From assembly GCA_965153455.1 (NCBI GenBank), contig OZ234493.1, forward strand, positions 23,612,213-23,676,212: a DNA stretch of 64,000 nucleotides, given 5' to 3'. A program made the position numbers and the translations under genes. The notes under the pieces are model-generated. The model saw only the letters and a list, made by a program, of their open reading frames with translations, did not search any database and had not been told where the DNA came from. Positions 1-14,400 of this stretch are shown piece after piece (position 1 is the stretch's first letter; each line of letters starts with the position of its first letter). This DNA is from Sphagnum compactum. Its lineage: Eukaryota.

Positions 1-744
1 GTGCCAGTGTAGGTGCTGGTTCACCCACAGTGAACCTACAAAACTTAGTTGTGGATTATCCACAATCGAGACAAAACAGTCACAGTGTCCCATTTTAATG
101 AGCAAGCTTATATCATTGTTGAAAACTACAATGAGGATGCTTCTCTAATCCAGTGACAAAACGCATCCAGCATTGGATCACATATTTTGGAATGTAAGTG
201 TAAGGTCCAAAACAGTTGTTCCCTAGGTGGCAGCAGATGCCCAGTGTTTCTTTGTTTTGGGGTTTTCACACTGGCAAGGGCTCCCTTGTTGTTTCGCCAA
301 ATTAATAGTGAACGTAAAATCTTATTTCGGATGTAGTAGGTCTGAGCATGATCTGGAACACTGGATGTTCATCTTCAGGATTCGTTTGGAGGCTTAGAAT
401 TATTGGAGGGACAAAAGCTTGTGGCCTCAAGCTAAAGATAACAGATGCATGATACCGAGAGCTTACGTATTTATCATTGTTTTAAGATGAGGGGGCTTTC
501 CCTTCCAGATGAAAACACATGGGTATGTGTGCACTGACTGGGTCAGATTCTATGACGATTTTCTTTTGTTATTAAGTGAACCTTGAAGTCTTTGGTACTC
601 AACTGCTTGAGTGAATGAAGCTTATGGGACCTTTATTGTATTTGGGTTCACCTAGAATAATGTATATATCTTTCAGCTTTCAAACTCTCATCTACAAAAT
701 AATTAGTTAGTGTAACAAACCCTAGACACCTATAGTGTTATAGT

Positions 745-1240
745 GTGGGTCGTATTAATTAGGTGGGGCTGAGTTCCAAGTTCAGAGTCTCTTTCATTGG
801 CCCATCACAATAAAAATCTGAAAACTTTGGAGACTCTCAATATTGGAGTATTTACTCCAAACACCTAAACATAAACGTCCCAGTATTTGCCCATGTATGT
901 AAGTTCCAAGAGGACAACATTGGGCAAAGAATTTGGGACAAGTGAGGTGCAATTGGGAACATGTTGGGCAACACCTTGTGAAATTATGAAACATGTTGAG
1001 AACCCATTGGGACGATAGGAACGACAAAAAAACAAACGCTCTCCACTCTCCTCAAAAGAAAAAGGATCTGGGCCCCTTGCGTACATGCTGGCTTGTCTCA
1101 TTGGCTGCCAAGAATTTCTATGCTCTGAGTTCTTTATCTTTTTTCAATTGTTATTTTTTACCATTTTTTTAACCAGTTTGATGATGTTCTTTCCCATTTT
1201 TGGCATAGGCTAATGGCAGGGGCAGAATTGTGGGGACATG
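745..1240 (+). repeat. Dispersed non-coding repeat family, copy 1 (others at about 60300-60785 +, about 58610-58930 -, partial at about 16265-16335)
   Basis: Colinear shared blocks with the 60.3 kb copy: attaattag..., ttggcccatcacaa, tactccaaaca, gggacaa(a)gtgaggtgc, catgttgg, ctcattggct, gaattgtggggac. Confidence 0.8.
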
Positions 1241-1594
1241 TTGTAACCAGTTTGGCCAAGACATTTCTGTGCTTGGTTACTCTGTTTTCAACACTAAATA
1301 TTCCATTGTCCCCAGTGGATGTGCTTACACACTCACTTGCAAAATGGTGTACCATGTGTGATTGTCTGCACATCACTAGTTGTAATTTCATATTGTCTTG
1401 CCAAAGAAACTTGACTTCAGAAATATTTTTCAATTCCGTGACAGGACTAGATTTCTGTGGATGTATTATCTCTTTTCATGTATAAATGGTTTATGTGATT
1501 TTCACAGTACCTGACAAAGATTTCAAAATTGTGAAATGTTATTCAATTGAATAATTGCAAAAGGCATATTTATATTTACTATGTAGGTCAAGAG

Positions 1595-2103
1595 TAGTGT
1601 TGTGCATGTAAATGCTTTTAGATTTACACTGTGTGTAAGTGTATAAAATTTGCTTAGAAAAGTGTATGTGTAAAACATTTACACTTGCATTGTTTTACAC
1701 TTTTTCTTACACTTAATTTTTTTTTTTAAATATTGTTTTACATTGCCATTTTTTCTATATATATATATATATAATTTGAATTATTTTATAAGTCTTAGAC
1801 TTTAATTTATCTTAACATTTATGTTGTTTTATGCTATCTAAGTGTAAAACAAGAATGTAAATAGAAAATTAAAGATTCATAACAAGCAAGCTCCTAAGCT
1901 TGCAGGTCAAACAACAGTTATGATGAGCAACGCACTACACACAACCTCAAGAAAAACTTGTTAAAAGTTATATCCTAGAGTTATCCCTTTTTACATTTAC
2001 ACACATATAAGTGTAACACTAACCTTTTACACAACATGTAAATATTAATGATGTACACTTACATGGTTTTACATGCCCATCTACATTTACATGCACAACA
2101 CTA
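1595..2103. mobile_element. Non-autonomous hAT-type MITE (509 bp)
   Basis: Perfect 20-bp TIR TAGTGTTGTGCATGTAAATG (1595-1614 / 2084-2103); 8-bp TSD GTCAAGAG (1587-1594) / GTCGAGAG (2104-2111); internal TTTACAC/GTGTAAA repeats. Confidence 0.9.
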
Positions 2104-3561
2104 GTCGAGAGTTGCCATTTTGAAATTTGAGTTTCAATCTTTTATAGGTTCCAAAATTCAAAACTGTCATAAAGCTCTCACAAACAAAAATTAGTGCACT
2201 TGGAGGGGCACCTTATCTCTATGAATATCCCTCCTAGGAAAGAGGATGGATCTTACACCTACATAATCAAAAGTATCTTACACTTATTCATAATGTGATA
2301 TACTTCTCACTCTTAAGGAGTAGGTTTAAGAACCGTCCCCCTCTTTTGCCTTGTGGTCTACATGTGTTTATCCTACGCCAAAGTTCATGATTGCATTCTT
2401 TAATTCATTTTTTGGTTAAGTATATGAAAACAACCAAACATCAATTTTTTGTTTTGTTCCCCCTAAACATGGTTTCTATTGTGAGCATTTAGAACATCTC
2501 CACCCAACATTTCTATTTTGTGCGAATTTTTGCCAAAAGGCGAATAAAAAAAGGTGCCTATGAATAAGAATGGGGAAGAAAAACTAAATTTAAAATTGTG
2601 TTGCTAAATGCGTCAAAGTCATTGGATTTTGTTTCCATCTATGGCTCCCACCTCCGCCACTTGAATGCCACCTCCACCATAGATGGTTTGTGATGGAAAG
2701 GCTAGATCCTACCCTTGAAAGTTAGGGTATTGCGTTCACACAACCTCCCTTTTCCTACATTGAAAGATTGAGCTTCTTCATTCTATAATGTTGAGTTCAC
2801 CACCTCCGCCTCCCAATGTTCCATTCCTTTTCATGACTTGCCATAACATTGGGATTTTGCAAGATGTTGCAAATGACTATTGAAAATGCACAACATCTAG
2901 AGTTTGGGCTAGTTGCTAAAGGCTAGAGCTATGAGGTTTTGTTGCTTCTAAACTATGGATGGACTATGTATTGTGGAGTCAAACTCCATCAACCTTGGAA
3001 GTTGTTGAATGTTGTTGACATTAATTTGAAGTCTGGACAATTGATCACCATGGTTGGTTGCATACCACACCACTAGGGACTCCTCGTCATCACCCATGAT
3101 TCATTTTTCATGAAACTTTTTTTCATGATCACTTATAAAAATGCAAGTCTTTGACTCCTCAGTGCCCATTTTCGATTGTTTTTTTTTCTATATTGTGGTC
3201 TAGTTTTTTCATGTTGTGCAACTACTATAATCAATTTCAATTTTTCTGGTTTGTATTGATCCTACAAGTGGTAGTCCATTGTCATATTTTTTTTATCATG
3301 TTTGTGGCAAGTCTTGATTTTCATTTTGTGTACACACTTAGCAACATTGGTTCAACATCGTGGTGTGGGAATCACACACTAACAAGTCCCCAAAAATTTT
3401 CTTGATCATGTTCATGTTCATGGTTTAATTTCTATAGGCATTGGTGACTAGGCAGCATCAATCATGATCATGGTGCAATGGCAGCAATTGCCCATAATTT
3501 TTTTCCTTCATGTTCATGCTTTCATTTTGTGTAGGCATTAATAGAATTGAACATGTGTTGT

Positions 3562-4453
3562 TGACGCGCTCCTTGGTCCCGAGGTGAACCCACTTGAGGG
3601 TTCACTAATGTGAAGTTGCGGAAAGTGGGGACCGAAGGGCACGCTCCCGACTTCCAACTCTAGAAAGGGGTAGAGGGTCGAGTTGGAAGCCCCGGGATTA
3701 GACTAGGAAGATGGACTAGTAGATCAAGCACGAATCTGCATCCAAAACCAACCACAAATGGGTTAGTTCACATTCGGGAACACCCTTGGGTGTTGGGACA
3801 AGCCACGGGCACTTTGGACTACTTGACTCACCACGGCCCGGACTTGGGGGAAGCCACCACCTTCCCCCTTATAGTTATCTCTGCAGCTCACCACGGCCCG
3901 GACTTGGGGGAAGCCACCACCTTCCCCCTTACAGTTATCTCTGCAGCTCACCACGGAGGCTACATCCAAATGGCACATTTTGTTGGGACTCCCGAAATGG
4001 AGTCCCGAAATGGAGTCCCGAAACTGTCCCGGCGGGACTCCCGGGACTTTGAACGGTCATAACTCCCGATTCCGAAGTCCGATCGTGACGAGGTCTGAAC
4101 CAAAGTTGTAGCCCTCGTCGAGACCTTTTCAACGCCATGTCGCACTCCCTGAGGCGACGTCGGGAAAGGGTCGATTCTTGACTTTTAGTGGTCGAGAGTC
4201 AAATTGCCAATTTGACTCCCGGCCCTTCTTTTGCCCATAACTTGGGCTTCAGATGTCCAAATGGCCAATGCGAGGCCATTTTCGATATCTACGTTTGAAG
4301 ACCTTTCTAATGACACCAAGAACACCCCAATGCGAGGTGTTTTGGGCCTTGCTGTTGAGCTCTGAACATTCGGGAGTCCTGGAGGACTCCAAACCTCCAA
4401 CTTTTCCAAGTGTTGGGCTTCACCCCCACACTTGGACAAAGTGGGGTGCGACA
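3562..4453 (+). mobile_element. Solo LTR of an LTR retrotransposon (probably Ty3/Gypsy), 892 bp
   Basis: Starts TGACGC, ends GCGACA (TG..CA, imperfect inverted ends); exact 5-bp TSD GTTGT at 3557-3561 and 4454-4458; GC/CpG-rich island in AT-rich flanks; no PBS or internal ORF next to it. Confidence 0.88.
3827..3956 (+). repeat. 60-bp tandem duplication inside the solo LTR
   Basis: Period exactly 60 nt, one mismatch (3872 t vs 3932 c); a 13-bp CCCGAAATGGAGT duplication follows at about 3991-4023. Confidence 0.95.
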
Positions 4454-5033
4454 GTTGTGGTGTAACAATCATGCAGTGGTAGGTGCCCATGATTTTTTCC
4501 CCTCTTGTTCATGGTCTTATTTGTGTAAGCAAAATCAATCATAATTGTGGTGTGGTAGTCGCATTGTGACAAATGCCCATAGCTTTTTTTCCTTCTATTC
4601 ATGGTCTTGTTTTGTGTAGGTAGAATGGTGGTGCAATGGTGGTAGGTGCACATTTTTTTCCTTCCTATTCATGGTTTCATTTTTGTGTAAATATTGTTGA
4701 TCATCATTGTGGTGCAACAATTGTAGGTGGTCGTAATTTTTTTATCATGTTTGTCATTTCGTTTTGTGTACGCATCGCTACAAGAGTTTATGATCGATCA
4801 TCAAGCAATAAATGTCCATTGTGATCACTAAAACAACCTAGTGATTGTGTAAATATCCATCACCATTAGTGATTAGTGATCACCCATGCAATGTCATAGC
4901 AGCCCAATAATAACCCATTGATCATTGTGGTTGTCTTTGAAGCTGGAGGTTTCAGACCAGTTTTGTGATCATTGTGTTCATGTGTTACATGCATTTTGCA
5001 GTGCATCCATCACCATCATAGTGGTCCCACAAA

Positions 5034-6713
5034 CACTAGTATAAATCTTCAAATATATGTCTAAATTTATAACTAGTATTCTTGTCATTTAAGACATGAT
5101 GTGGCACAATGATGTGACAAATATCACCCATTAGTCATAAAAGACATATGTGAAGTCACTAGTCAAAGTTAAATTATTATTTAATTATTATTTTTTAATA
5201 CAAATTAGACCCAAAAACTGGGGGAACATTATTTTTTAAACTTATAATATTTATTATTATAAATTTTTTATATAATATAAGTAATAAGATTTTTTTTCAA
5301 CTATTTTTAATTTCATTATTTTTCATCCTATCATTTGTTGACACATGTCACCACCTAAGTTAAGTAATTTAAGTAGGTATAAAATATTCGGTCAATATTC
5401 CAATGTTGACCATAATGAATGTCATTCATGACGTTTGATCCTCGAACCCCAAGAATGGAGTTTAATTTGTTTAAACACCACCAAACACCCACCTTGTTGT
5501 GTAAATAATTTAATTTTTATTCTATTTAGACCGTACTTCATTTAAACATTACACAAAACCTCAAATTTGGTAATTCACATCTTATTGATAATTTGCCCAA
5601 ATGAAAAACTTAAAACTTATTCATAAAAGTCCTCCAATAATGTACACAATTATATAATTTATTTTTGAAAAATGTAAATTCAATTCAAAACAAACTATAT
5701 TTTGAATTTTTTAATTGAATAACATTTCAATGGCCATTCTTCGGAAATTTTTAATTCAAACACATAATTTATAAATGGCAAAACCTTATGGCTAATACAT
5801 GAATAAATAAAATATATCTTTCATATCTTAAATCTTCATTTGATGTAGGAATTTATGATATACAATTTAGCTTCCAATATATCATAATTTTTTTAATAAC
5901 TTTTAATTTAGATGTATGAGTCCATATAATTTATCCACATAAAATATTTATAAATAATCAATTATGTCTATAAATATTAGTTTTTTATATTAATCATATT
6001 TATTATGATTTATAAATTTAATTTAAATTTTTTATTTTAAAATAATAAAATAAAAATATTAACTAATTTTCTGAAATGATAAATTCAATAATTTAACAAT
6101 TTTTTGTAACAATTTTTTTTACACATGGAAAATAAATGTATTTATTTATATACATATATAATATAAATCCTTACTTAAATTTGTGATAAAATTTTAATGT
6201 GCGAATAAATTATATATTTTCCACCTCTTACATTTTTTTATTTTTAAATTAAAATATAAACATTTATTTATAATATATCATAATTTACCATTAAATTTTA
6301 TTTCAATGTATGATATTTAATTTATTCACATTGAATACTTAAAATGGATTATATGTTAAGTATATTTTTTAAAATTTTGATAAAGGTTCTTATATTACTT
6401 ATATGTATAATATTAATCAGAATCAGTTCCTTACATGTTGTAGTTCATTATGTTTATTTATATTCATATTAAACTATTAATAGTCATTTTTGAATCATTA
6501 TAAAATAATTGTATGATCACATTGTCTATGTAATGACACATCATTTTGTCCACATCATTTGCATAATTATTTTTTACTCATATTTTAAATGACTTTACCT
6601 TTTCAAATGATATTTTGGACTATGTGGAAAAAATGACTATAATCAATTATGTAGTCATTTAGGACAAATAATTATTGATTTTTTGATTGCAAAGGATAGA
6701 ATTCCTTCTAGTG
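5034..6713. mobile_element. Non-autonomous CACTA-like element
   Basis: Ends CACTAG...CTAGTG flanked by AAA/AAA (3-bp TSD); inverted subterminal motifs tgatgtggcacaatgatgtgac (about 5097) vs acacatcattttgtccacatca (about 6536); very AT-rich interior. Confidence 0.6.
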
Positions 6714-7189
6714 AAATCAACATCATCATTCCAATTTTGGTTTAGTTTTCTAAAAACCAAACTTAATCATTGTGGTGTTGTGCACACTATAGACCACTAC
6801 AGTTGCCATTTATGATTTAATCTCTTTTTTTAAGTTCATTGTCATGCTATTAAAATTCATGATCATTTCATGATTATCTTGTTGGTTCCAATCCTTTATT
6901 AGTTTGAGTCCTTGTGAAATACTCTAGGTATCAACGATTCATGATACATCACCATTTTCTTTTGTGATCTTGTTTTTGGTCATCTTTTTGTTCATTGACA
7001 TGTCAAAAATACAACCCCTTAAAAACTTTAAATGTAAATACCTTTTTGGCGTAGAATTCTTGCCATTATTGTTTCTTCTTTTAGTAATTATCCACTTAAT
7101 GATATTCCTACAATTGATATTACAAATTCTGAATGCAAGCTTGTGGATCCAACAATGGCAGCTAGAAACATTGAGATTACAAAAAAAAA

Positions 7190-8470
7190 AGAAGGCCTAT
7201 GAGTTGAATAAGCATTTCCAAGATAATTGGGCAATGAAGTTTCCATGGGCTAAATCTATGTTAGGTTCTAACGGGAAAGTTATTCAAGTGTGATGCAAAA
7301 TTTGCACGTGAATTGAGGGTAAAAATAAGCTTTTCATTCCAAAGTTGGATTCTCCATGGATACATGTTGGTCGTTGTAAGGCTTTGGTAGCCATGATAAG
7401 GGTAAAAATGGGGGATCATTATTTCTTGAAAACAAATTTTCATGTGACCAATGAAAAGTTGTATTTTTTCCTAAGGGTTTTGAAACAATGTTATAATAAA
7501 TAGTTCATGGTGCAATTTAAGATGATAAAAAGAAAAAAGTGTGCAATTTGCTTTGATTTTCCACTTATTTAATCATGGTTATCCCATGACAGATTACACA
7601 GCAATGTAGAAATTGTTTGTTCAGTTGAGTGTTCCTAACAATCCAATGAAACATTGGTCTAATGGGGCAAGTTGGGAGATGGCAAATTTTACGTGTTAAC
7701 AAGTTCTAAAAAAACTAAAAAATTTGTGGCTATTGGGAGGTTTCTTTCTTTAAGTGTAAATGAGATCACTACTATTATTAATTAGTCTTGGATCTCAATC
7801 CATGTGTGTGTGATGCAAGCATGGAGAAGGGTGCCTATCCTCCTCGCACTTTAACGTATTGTTGAAAGGGGTACTAGAAACAATCTATCCTTTGTCATTA
7901 CACAATCCCTAATGTGGCAAGGAAGGTTAACTAGCAAGGAGGTTGGTGAAAGGTTCATTTGCTTCGGTGCAAATGGAGCTTCTTTTTTTCAAGGATGTCA
8001 CACTAGAGTGACATTTCAATTGAAGGAGAAGCATTCTCCTTACATGATGGGGTAGCATTGTATGGCCCACAAAACAAATCCTGTAGTGCAAGCTTTGTCA
8101 AAATTGCCAATGGTGTCCAAGTTTGAGGATTTGCTCCAATTTGTGTATGCTCACTTTTTGGGTTCCCCTGAATGCCATTTGGAAATCGTGGAAATAGGAG
8201 GATTTAAAATTTTGAAAAATGTTAAAACTCAATGGATTTCAATGCTAAAACTTTTGAAGTGCGTTTGGGCATAATACAAAACATTGACTATGAAGATGTC
8301 ACAAGACAACATTAGTGTTGCTAAAGTAAAATTGAATCTCAACCTCCTTTGTGTTCTTCACATAATTACTAGCCTTGTCTTGTTTGCTACCATTATTGGA
8401 AACAATTAGTGCTTTAATCACGTTTGTTTAAGGAAAGGTTGTTTTCATTTGTGATTTTGTAGTCATAATG
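7190..8470 (+). pseudogene. Decayed hAT-superfamily transposase (ZNF862-like type)
   Basis: Fragments 'FQDNWAMKFPWAKS', 'CKIC', 'ICFGANGASFFQG', CxxH motif 'HCMAHKTNPVVQALS', 'KNVKTQWISM'; many stops and frameshifts. Confidence 0.75.
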
Positions 8471-11400
8471 AATTTTTTCACACCTGTACATTTATAATAT
8501 CATTGTTCAATTTAATTAATTTCTAGATTGAAATTTGTAATGATTTTAAATTTCAAAATGTAAAATTTATTACACTAATTTTAAATATTTTTAATGAGAA
8601 TTTATGTATTTAAGTTTTCATTTAATTGAATTTTTAAATTTTAATTTCTCAAATGGTATTTAAACATTAAAATTTTATTTATGGAAAAACATGAAGTATT
8701 AAAATTTTATTAAAAGTTTATTCTAAAAATGAAAGTAATTTTACTTTGAAAATTACATAATTAAAATTCTTAAGTTTTGTTAAAGAAGTTACAATTTCAA
8801 TGTTTTAAATTTCAAATTAAAAAAATTAAATTAGTTCAAGTTCACATATATATTAGTTATGTTTTTAAAAGTAAGTTTAAATAAAAAGTTTCAAGTTGAT
8901 CTTTCATGTTCTTACATGTGATTTTGTTATATTTCAAATTTTGTCTCCTTTTTAAAAACATTGTTTGAATAACTGAAAACAACAAATGAAAACATTAAAT
9001 TTTTAATTTACTTTCATTTGTTTTGGCAATTCAATCCATAATACATTTTAAATTAGTTTTTGAGTGAAAGGATGGTAAAGTATACAATTCAATTACCTTG
9101 GCAACCTATTTGTCAAGTTAACATGAAGTAGGCCTAAAACCCATCATAAAATCATTATACTTATAGTATATATACTTAAATGATGAAAAACAAAATACTT
9201 CTTCACTATTATGAAATGATTTTTGAATTTTTACATTGTAAAAGTAGGTTTCAAGTAGACTTTTCTAATTGTAAGTAGCTTTTGAAGCCTTCTTTTTGCA
9301 ATGTAACATTTGTTTCAAGTATGTGTCAAGTATACTCTATCAAAGAAAAAGTAAAATTTATTTATTTTCCTTCCTTTGAATATACAATAATCTTTATGTT
9401 ATAACTTCACACAAATCTATTTCATTAAACTTTCTAATGAAAAAGTACTTTTGAACACCATATTGGCTAGTCAAATTCAAAAGTACTTGTTCCATACTTT
9501 TATTATTCCAATTTTTTTCAAATTTTGTATTCAACCTAATATAAACCCAATGGAAAACACCATGGTTTCAAAATGAAATTTAAATAAAAATTGAATCTAC
9601 TTTCTTTTGTTTTCGTGAAAAACTAACTCTTTTTAAACTTGATTTTTTTCATCAACTTTTTTTTATAAAATACCATGCTTTCACCCTTTTACTGTTTATA
9701 TTACCACGTAATCAAAAAATAACATTACAATCATAACTAATCATATGTAAATGATTGATTTTAAGCAAATCAATCACATTAATCAAGTTGAACAATGTCA
9801 TGTAAATGTCACATAGATCATGTGTTTAGCATAATGTTCGTTTTGATTAAATAACTTGGTTTTTTAATCAAAACATACATACCTAGTTTTGATTTTAGTG
9901 AAATTTTACGTAATTAATCATTTCAAACAAATGGACTTGATTTTGTAGTCATTTTAATTGTGATGCTACTAGTGAAATAACCATGTTTTTGTAATAGTGT
10001 AGAGTAAACACAAAAATGAGTGTCTTCACTTTTATCATGTACCATGCACATATACAAATAAAAGAGTACCATTAAAATGCACGATTTTTTTTTATAAATT
10101 GCAACAAATTTAACTTATGAATATCTACTTGAAAAAACTAAAAGCAAAATTTGAACTTTAAAAATAAACCAAAAAGGGATTCAAAAAACAAACAGTAAAT
10201 TTGTGTTCACGAATATTTTACAATGGAATTTTTAATTGAATGCATTATGTATACTACATTAAGATATAAAAATCATTGTACTTTTGGTAAAGACACAGTC
10301 AAAGGAACCACCCGAGTGGACACTCCTTAAAATTGCATTTTTGTGTGTTTGAAAAATCTCAAGGAAAACATATTAGTTTGGATTGTCATAAATGTTTCTG
10401 GAATTTTTTCATTAATTGCAAAATTTATATGCTCAAAGTTTGACAATTTTTTTTTAAAAAATTGCTTGTTCAAAACATTCAAACTTCGAGAATGGACAGT
10501 CTTTTTTTTTCTAACGTCCTTTTTTTTTCTACCAAATGTGCACCATTCCTTTTGAAAATTGGAGAGGATTTAACATTCATGATTAGAACATCAAAAGGAT
10601 TTGAATTAATGTGAATTGTTTTTATAACCAATTTGAACACATTTGGTTCAAATGTGCTTTTGACCCTGAAAATTATGGATTTTGAAAATGTGGCATCAAA
10701 AAACGTTGTTCATATTTATGTGATAGAAGGCATGAATGCATAATATATATTATATAAACTCAATTTGTAATCAAAATATAATTATATCTAACATGCATGT
10801 TAAATCAAATATTCAAAATAAAAAAATTTAAGTTATAAACTAATGCAAAAATGACACATGTCATGTGCAATCCTTGGAAAAGGACTTTTACCTTATGCCC
10901 TTGGTTCCTTTGACTGGGTTTTCACCCGTTTGAGAGTTGCCTCAAAAATGTATTTTACTTTTTATTTGTTAAAACCCATTTCACACATACATTACAAACA
11001 TTCACATTGCAAAATGTAGATTTTAAATTTACTTGCATTTTAAACAACTATACAAGAAGATTATTAAAATAATTTGAAATTCGAAATTTAATGCACAATG
11101 TTGAAAAATTATCTTGTTTTTAGTCATTCAAGAAAAATCATTCAATGTATTTGCTACATTCAATTTACTTACAACCAAGCTTGACAAAATAATTTCTATG
11201 CGTATTTTATTGTACTTACACCCTTGTGGAATCTAATTTTTTTTTTACTTTCTAGTGATTGTTTGATCCTCTTATAATCAAGTCTAGAAAAGTTTGTCAT
11301 AGAGAATACATGTGTCTATTTTTTCATCCATGCAATGTGCAAATTGGGTGTTGAACAACATTCAAATTCGAGGTTGAATTTCACTATTCTTAACACTCTA

Positions 11401-14400
11401 AACATGTGATTGCTTACAAAAATTCCAAATATCCACCACATACATAGTTAAGTAAATGCGCAAGGATTTCTTATTTTATATTTTACATTTCAAGTCTACA
11501 ACTTCAATATGCTAATTTTAATTTAACAATTGCCCCCTTGAGATATTCTTCAAAATTTTGATACTTGAGAAGGGTAATGAAGGATATTTAGGTTTGATTA
11601 TCAAGCCTAGGGGTTATGGTAGATAATAGGTAGGGTTTAGGGTCCAAGGTGGTTGGTAAGGTCTAAGTTTAAGTTTTTAGGCTAGTTTTTTAGGTTTTAC
11701 GGTAACATCTCCAAGGTTTCAAGATATGATATCCACTAAAACATTAGGGTTCAAAGTGGTGCTACCATGAAACTTGTTTTCCATGTTTTTTTTGTTTTTC
11801 TACTCCTACTCTCATGTTGTTATTGTGGTTCTTTCTCTCATGTGCTATTTCAATCCTATTTTCATTTTGTTTCTTTAACTCTTGCTCTTGCGCATTGATC
11901 TTTGGTTCTTGTTTTTGCTCATGGATGCCATAGTTCTTGCATATTTGTTTTTAAGTACTCCATTATAATTTTCCATTATTGCTCTTGGTTTTTGAGTTGT
12001 TTCGTCATGCCCTCACATTGTTGTTCATGTTCTTGTGCTTGGTTCTTTCCATGTATAGTGGTGATGATGAAATTGTTTATTTTATTTGGAAAAGTGATGA
12101 ACCCCCACCCTTCTCGCCTTATGCAAACCTTCAAAGCACAATTTTTAGTTGTCAAGTATATCAATTTGAAACAAAGTTTCTTAACTTTGTCCTTTTTTTC
12201 ATTTTTTATTTTGTCGATTGTCTTATTTGTGTAACTTCTGTGTTTTTTTAATTTCTTATTGGTTTATTTCTTTCTATGGTTTTTTGGTTTGTGTGGTTGA
12301 ATTTTTTTGTTTTTATATTTCTTTCTAAGCTTGCTTTGTTTCTTTACTTGTTTGTATGTGTTGTATTTCTTTTGTTTGCATTAATAGAAAATGTGAATAT
12401 TGTTCATTAGCCTAGTTCACTAAGGGACCTTAAAAGTGAACCTCATTCATTAAAGGGTTTATTTCATTAAATGTTTTCACGAAGGCATATTTCACTAGAC
12501 ACATTCACTAAAGGGCCTTAAAAGGGAACTTAATTCACTTAATGGTGAAATAAGTTGAACCCACCTCAATTACCATTCCACCATGTAAATGGATTTATTT
12601 TATAATGTCCATGTTTTGTAAATATTTTTAATTTCTTTGCATGAATACTTTTATTAACATAGATTCATGTGAACATATTACTGTAATGACATGTTAAACC
12701 TTGCACTTTCTTTTAAATAAAATAAAATATTTTTCATATAACTTTCCTACAATAGTGGGAATTATTTGGCTCTCACACAACCCTTCACAAATTAATTAGT
12801 GATCCCATAACTTGATTATCCCACCAAAAAAGCAATCAATGGAAACTTTGAAATATAATCCATGGTAATTGTTCTATTGGGAATTTTTTTACATCGCAAT
12901 GATATAATTTTTTTAATTTCCCAAAAAAAAATTCTTATGGAAGGTCCAAAAAATTAAAATTTATTCACAACCCTAAAGTTATTATTATTAAAAAATATGA
13001 CCTATATTTATGTTTAGGTCATATTCCCATTGAAAGAAGAATAGAAAATTTCATAAATAAATTATCTAAGAATTAAAATTGAGTAATTGAATTTAAAATA
13101 TATGATTATAAATGTTACATCACCAATAATTATTGTAAAATGTTCAAATTTTATGTATTATGTAAAAAAATTGATATTGTCCTTGTTTATGGTTTGGGTT
13201 GAGTGTTTAGTTATTATTTTTAAAATTCGTAATTAAAAAATAATAATATATAACCAAGATAACGTTGTCAAAGCATTAATGAAGGTGTTGACATCACATT
13301 GAGATTATATGTTAATTAAAAACACAATTCATGTATAAATTTGATTTGTTCAAAATATGGTAATATGTTCAAAGTTTGGATTTCCAATATGTTTTCTTAT
13401 TGATCATGTTAAATTCAAAAAATTCCCCTTTTTTGCTTAAAAGAGCTTATGTGATTTGACGATTAAGGTGTTGGCACCTCTTCCACATGCTCATGGGTTT
13501 GAATTTGGACAAGTGTGTATGCAAACATGTACATGTATGCATAAATATACACATATGTATGAATTTAAAAATACAAATGACATGTGGCTACAATTGTTAG
13601 ATGCCACATGGTCAAATTTTTAGGAAAAGAATTTGATTTTTAGGAAAAGAATAGTCATATACATGTGACTATCCATAACTAGTCCTCATTCACTAGGGGA
13701 CTAGTTAAATTTACTAGGATGAGTTTTTTTAAGTTCACTACAAATCTAATGGAACATATATATGGTGAATTCAGCCACATTTCCTACTAGTTTGGATGAT
13801 ATAATTACACCTTAGGATTTGTGCCCTGTGATTTCAATTTCCACATTGAAATTTTTTGTTTTTAGTACTAACAAAACTCATTTTGTTTCATGTGGTGTGC
13901 AAGATTTGTAATTCCATTACGTATTACTAAATTTGTTACACATTGCACATTTCTATAATTTTAGATATGAATTCTAAATTGTTGAAAATGTATAAATCAA
14001 ATTTGAAATTTGCCATTGAAATGCCTAGTTTGCTTAGGGGTCTTTGTTGAATTTACAAAATGCGTGACTAAAAAGTATAAAATCCCATATATTGGTTGCT
14101 GGGTAAAATTTATAATTTAAGTAGCTTTATAATAGGTTTATGTTCATTTGAAAAACCAAAATATAATTAATATAGGATATGTGTTAATTCATGGTATTAG
14201 AAAAAATAGAAAAAATATATCATATGTACTAAACATTTTAGGTATTAGTTGTTAGTAGCTTTAAACTGAATTGCTATCTGGTTAGGTTTTTTGTTCTAAT
14301 TCTATTGTTCTATTTGTGTATCGAAAATTAGTCAAGGATTGAACTTACATTGGCTGACATTAGTATCACAAATTATAAGTTTTATTGGCAATTGTTATTA

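Larger units (their letters stand above)
3270..4780 (+). repeat. Degenerate 70-90 bp tandem repeats (cat..ttttttccttc..ttcatggt..ttttgtgta), interrupted by the solo LTR; probable subterminal array of a DNA transposon
   Basis: Same motif recurs on both sides of the LTR (about 3490, 4490, 4580, 4650). Confidence 0.6.

Noticed and set aside
330-460. Possible terminal exon of a neighbouring gene
   Set aside because: Only short open frames, no recognisable domain and no convincing splice context.
3763-4490. Several 60-100 aa ORFs
   Set aside because: They lie in the GC-rich solo LTR and reflect its tandem repeats.
11630-11700. Telomere-like TTTAGGG motifs (also about 44995 and 56462)
   Set aside because: Only one or two degenerate units each; not an array.
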